This document shows, one piece after another, positions 60,856 to 64,000 of a stretch of 64,000 nt of DNA. Under the pieces are notes generated by a model. It was not told the DNA's origin. It ran no database searches and saw only the letters and a list, made by a program, of their open reading frames with translations. The number at the start of each line of letters is the position of its first letter. The first letter of the stretch is position 1. Source of the DNA: Gnetum montanum. Taxonomy: Eukaryota; Plantae; Gnetophyta. The position numbers and the translations under genes were made by a program. The stretch is from positions 124,001 to 188,000 of the forward strand of contig MNCI01002105.1 of the NCBI GenBank assembly GCA_015680685.1, written 5' to 3'.

Positions 60856-63800
60856 TGATGAAGCATCAACTATGTATGTCAACCTAGCCTCTTTGACACA
60901 ACCGCTTTGATGCAACCACTTTGAGGTAGTTGTCGCAACGCAATTGCTTTGATGCAACTACTTTGAAGCAGTTGTGTTGATGCAACCACGTCAATGATGC
61001 CCCATCGACGTGACCCTATTGACGTGACGTTTTCAACATAAATGATGTTTTGACAAGGCCCTATCGATGCATGTAATGTTGCATTAACAATTCCCTATCA
61101 ATGTAGTGTCTATTTTTGCCTATAAACACACATGCTCTTGCCGTGTATTGGCATTCTTTGATCAGTAGAGTAGCTAAACTCTTACAGTTTTATTTCATAG
61201 TCTTAGAAAATAGTCAATGAATGCCCATAGTGTGGACCTAAGTTAGTTGTATGGCATCTTATTTAAGTGACATTGTACCTGGGCACATTCCATGAATAAT
61301 AATAAGATCGAGATTGATTCTTATTCATTACAGAACTTTGACTTAGAGTAGATCTAATTTGCATGTAGTTTACTTCTCATGTTCTTAGTTAATATTTATG
61401 TTTTCATGCATATTAATAAACTAGTGGAATGAGCACAACTAGTTTTACATGTAAACACATACTTGCTTGGTAACCCTAGCAGTGTTATTATTTGGTTTGC
61501 TCAATAGCATAGCGCTTGGTAATCCCATTAGTGCATATGCAGGTTCAAGATGTGTACGGCAAGTTGGGAATGAACACTCATCACTCATAGGCTAGTTTAA
61601 ACTTTACTTTGTATATTTAATTAGTTGATTTCTCCATTATCGTTAGGAGTAGCATAAGGTTGAAACAACATCAAGAATCCAATACCTCACTTTGGACTAA
61701 ACCATACGTGACAAAGCTACCACTAGCAAGTGGGAAGATAGCAAACTACGATCAAGGCATAATAATCTAGATGCCACAACTAGTCCCATCTATGAAATTC
61801 AACCAAATTGTGCTTGAACGCTTGTGATTTGTATGGTTGAATGTAGGGGATACCTTACCACTCATCATTAGTGCTATTGCCAAGGATGGTACTAGTTATC
61901 TAGATTAGTTATATCATACACGATTGCTGTAAACACATTAATGATTTATCTTTCAAAAAATATTAAGTCACACACATCATTAACTAACAAAAATGTCTCT
62001 TTCACAAGGAAGTGATAATGCATCATATGGAGAGAAAATTCATTGGAGAACTAATAAGATATATATTGAAGAAAATTGGAATGACCAACCTTATGTTGGG
62101 GTTTCATATGTTCATGACCATCATGACTACACTCAAGGACTACATTCACCTAAGGAAGATAATTGTAGAGAAGATGAAGTAAGTCCTAGACTAGGGGAGG
62201 CCTCAAGGCCTAGGACCTCCTCAAAACTTGAAAAAGATAAATCAAGGGACCATGGGGAACATCAAAGAAGCCATGGTTATGCTCCCAGTTCCTCATCTTC
62301 CTCTTCCTCTTCAACATCTAGTTCTAACGAAGATGAACATAGGTATAAAGATTGAGCTCCACTATGGAGTCAAAATAAGGATAGAAATCAAACCCAAGGG
62401 AAAAATCAAAGACATAATAATGAACATAGAAAAAATCATCATAATCAGACAAGTAGAAATAGAAATTTTCACCACAACATGTTTGATGATAGTGAACCCT
62501 TGTTGGCCATTAAGAGCATGACACAGATCACAAAGGTAGTTAAAATATCCCATAGGCATCGTAAGGAAAGTCACATCAAAAGCCTTGATACGAATAACAT
62601 CCCTAAATTTTTAGGAGGTTATAATTCTAATCCATAACATCATTTTAAAGCCTTCCATGATGCCTACATTTTATAGAACATTGAAAGTGGGTGGAAAAAG
62701 CTTAAGCTATTTCCTAGGACACTAATAGACAAAGCCAAAGTGTGGTATAGATCGTTAAAGCCAAATTCAATCCATCGGCAGTCCACAATGTTGGAACTCT
62801 TCAATGAGAAATACTAAACCTATGCAAGGGTGTATAACCTAACGAAACAAATCCAATGATGGAAACAAGAGTAAGATGAATCCTTGGATATGGCTCTAGA
62901 TAGATACTATTCTCTACGGAATAGATGCCCAAGCCATGGTTTCTCTCAAGAAGAGTAACTTTTCCACATCATAGATGGGCTTCATAATCAAATGAGAGAG
63001 ACCCTTGGGATGTATGCTAAAGGTCAATTATATGAAATAGGAATCCATTAGACCCAAAAGGTGAGCTATGTAAATGGAAGAATGTTCAGAAATATCACTA
63101 AGACCTAACTCTTCAAAAGAAGAAGGTTCATATCTATGATAAGGAAAAATAGGTAGCTCTTAATGAGGTGATTTCACAACAAACCTTGTCAATACAAAAG
63201 TTTATTAATGAGCTTGAAGCAAGGTTAGATAAGATGTTAGAATGGTTAAATGAGAAAGCTACAACTTGCATAGAAACCATAGAGGAGAGAGTAACACAAA
63301 AAAAATCAAGTGATCATAATAAAAGGAGGAAAAGGGACCAAGAAATAGTTAGGAAAACTTATTAGCAAAAAGAGGAAATGGTTGTAGAAGAAGAGGCTAT
63401 AGACTCAATCATCAAAGAAGATGATAGATGTGACATCTACATATATGACCATTTGAAGGGCTATTACCCAGTCATGTTACATCTACATGAGTATTGGGCT
63501 CTTGCATTGAATCCCAAGTTCATATAAAAGAAAATGCCTAGGAAATCACCTTTCTCACAAGGTAATTATGGACAATCCTACAACCAACCATACCATCCTA
63601 GTGGGAATTTTTACTAGCCTCAACACTATCATCCAATGTAGTGGGAAAACCCACAGTTGTGGGGGAGGCCATCATCAAACCAACACTACCCTTATTGTAA
63701 GCCAAACCTGTATGGATATTATGTTCAGCAACCTATTTCACCAACTAGTTCTACTTTCTCTACCTTAAATCACTACTACTACTCTCCCAAATATCACTAT

Positions 63801-64000
63801 CCCACAACATCTTCTATGAAGCCACCATCTCACACCTCTCATCCTTCATCATATCCTCAACATTCTCATACTTCCCTCCACTATATTTCACCACCAACAA
63901 CACAGGAAGGTTCAACACCATGACATCAAATAGAGAATGTCACTTGTGCTATGAACAGACATAGAAATGATAATGCCAGGAGATCTCCACCACAATCTCA
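60856..64000 (+). mobile_element. Athila-type element, 5' portion (LTR, PBS, gag); continues beyond the window
   Basis: LTR TGATGAAG (60856, start inferred) to CCACTCATCA (61867). Decayed tRNA-Asp PBS TAGTGCTATTGCCAAGGAT. Leader and gag colinear with 34300-35740 (minus). Confidence 0.85.
61993..63400 (+). pseudogene. Athila-type gag remnant
   Basis: MSLSQGSDN..PKFLGGYNSNP*HHFKAFHDA..WKKLKLFPRTLIDKAKVWYRSL. Confidence 0.85.

Overview
Repeat-rich land-plant nuclear DNA; a non-angiosperm source is possible but cannot be proven here. The only recognisable host gene is a five-exon TMK/BARK1-type LRR receptor kinase (minus strand, 16388-21201) that looks pseudogenised, with an in-frame TAG in the LRR exon and a frameshift plus 7-bp duplication in the C-terminal tail. 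The rest is a nest of transposons. It includes three related Tat-clade Ty3/gypsy elements, several Athila-type elements and LTRs (tRNA-Asp PBS), a Ty1/copia element carrying two insertions, a second copia integrase remnant, and a 5.15-kb hAT element with TIRs and an 8-bp TSD. The most unusual observation is the layout of the Tat elements. One copy shows gag-protease followed by an antisense, intron-containing gene. Another shows a homologous antisense gene directly upstream of RT-RH-aRH-INT, which begins at a splice-acceptor-like site. Together they suggest a lineage whose pol is split by a multi-kb spacer or intron that hosts its own spliced antisense gene. Arrays of one short motif (GACnTTAAACTAGC) recur in these elements, and a non-autonomous gag-PR-only relative is also present. 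All alignments and translations were done by eye.
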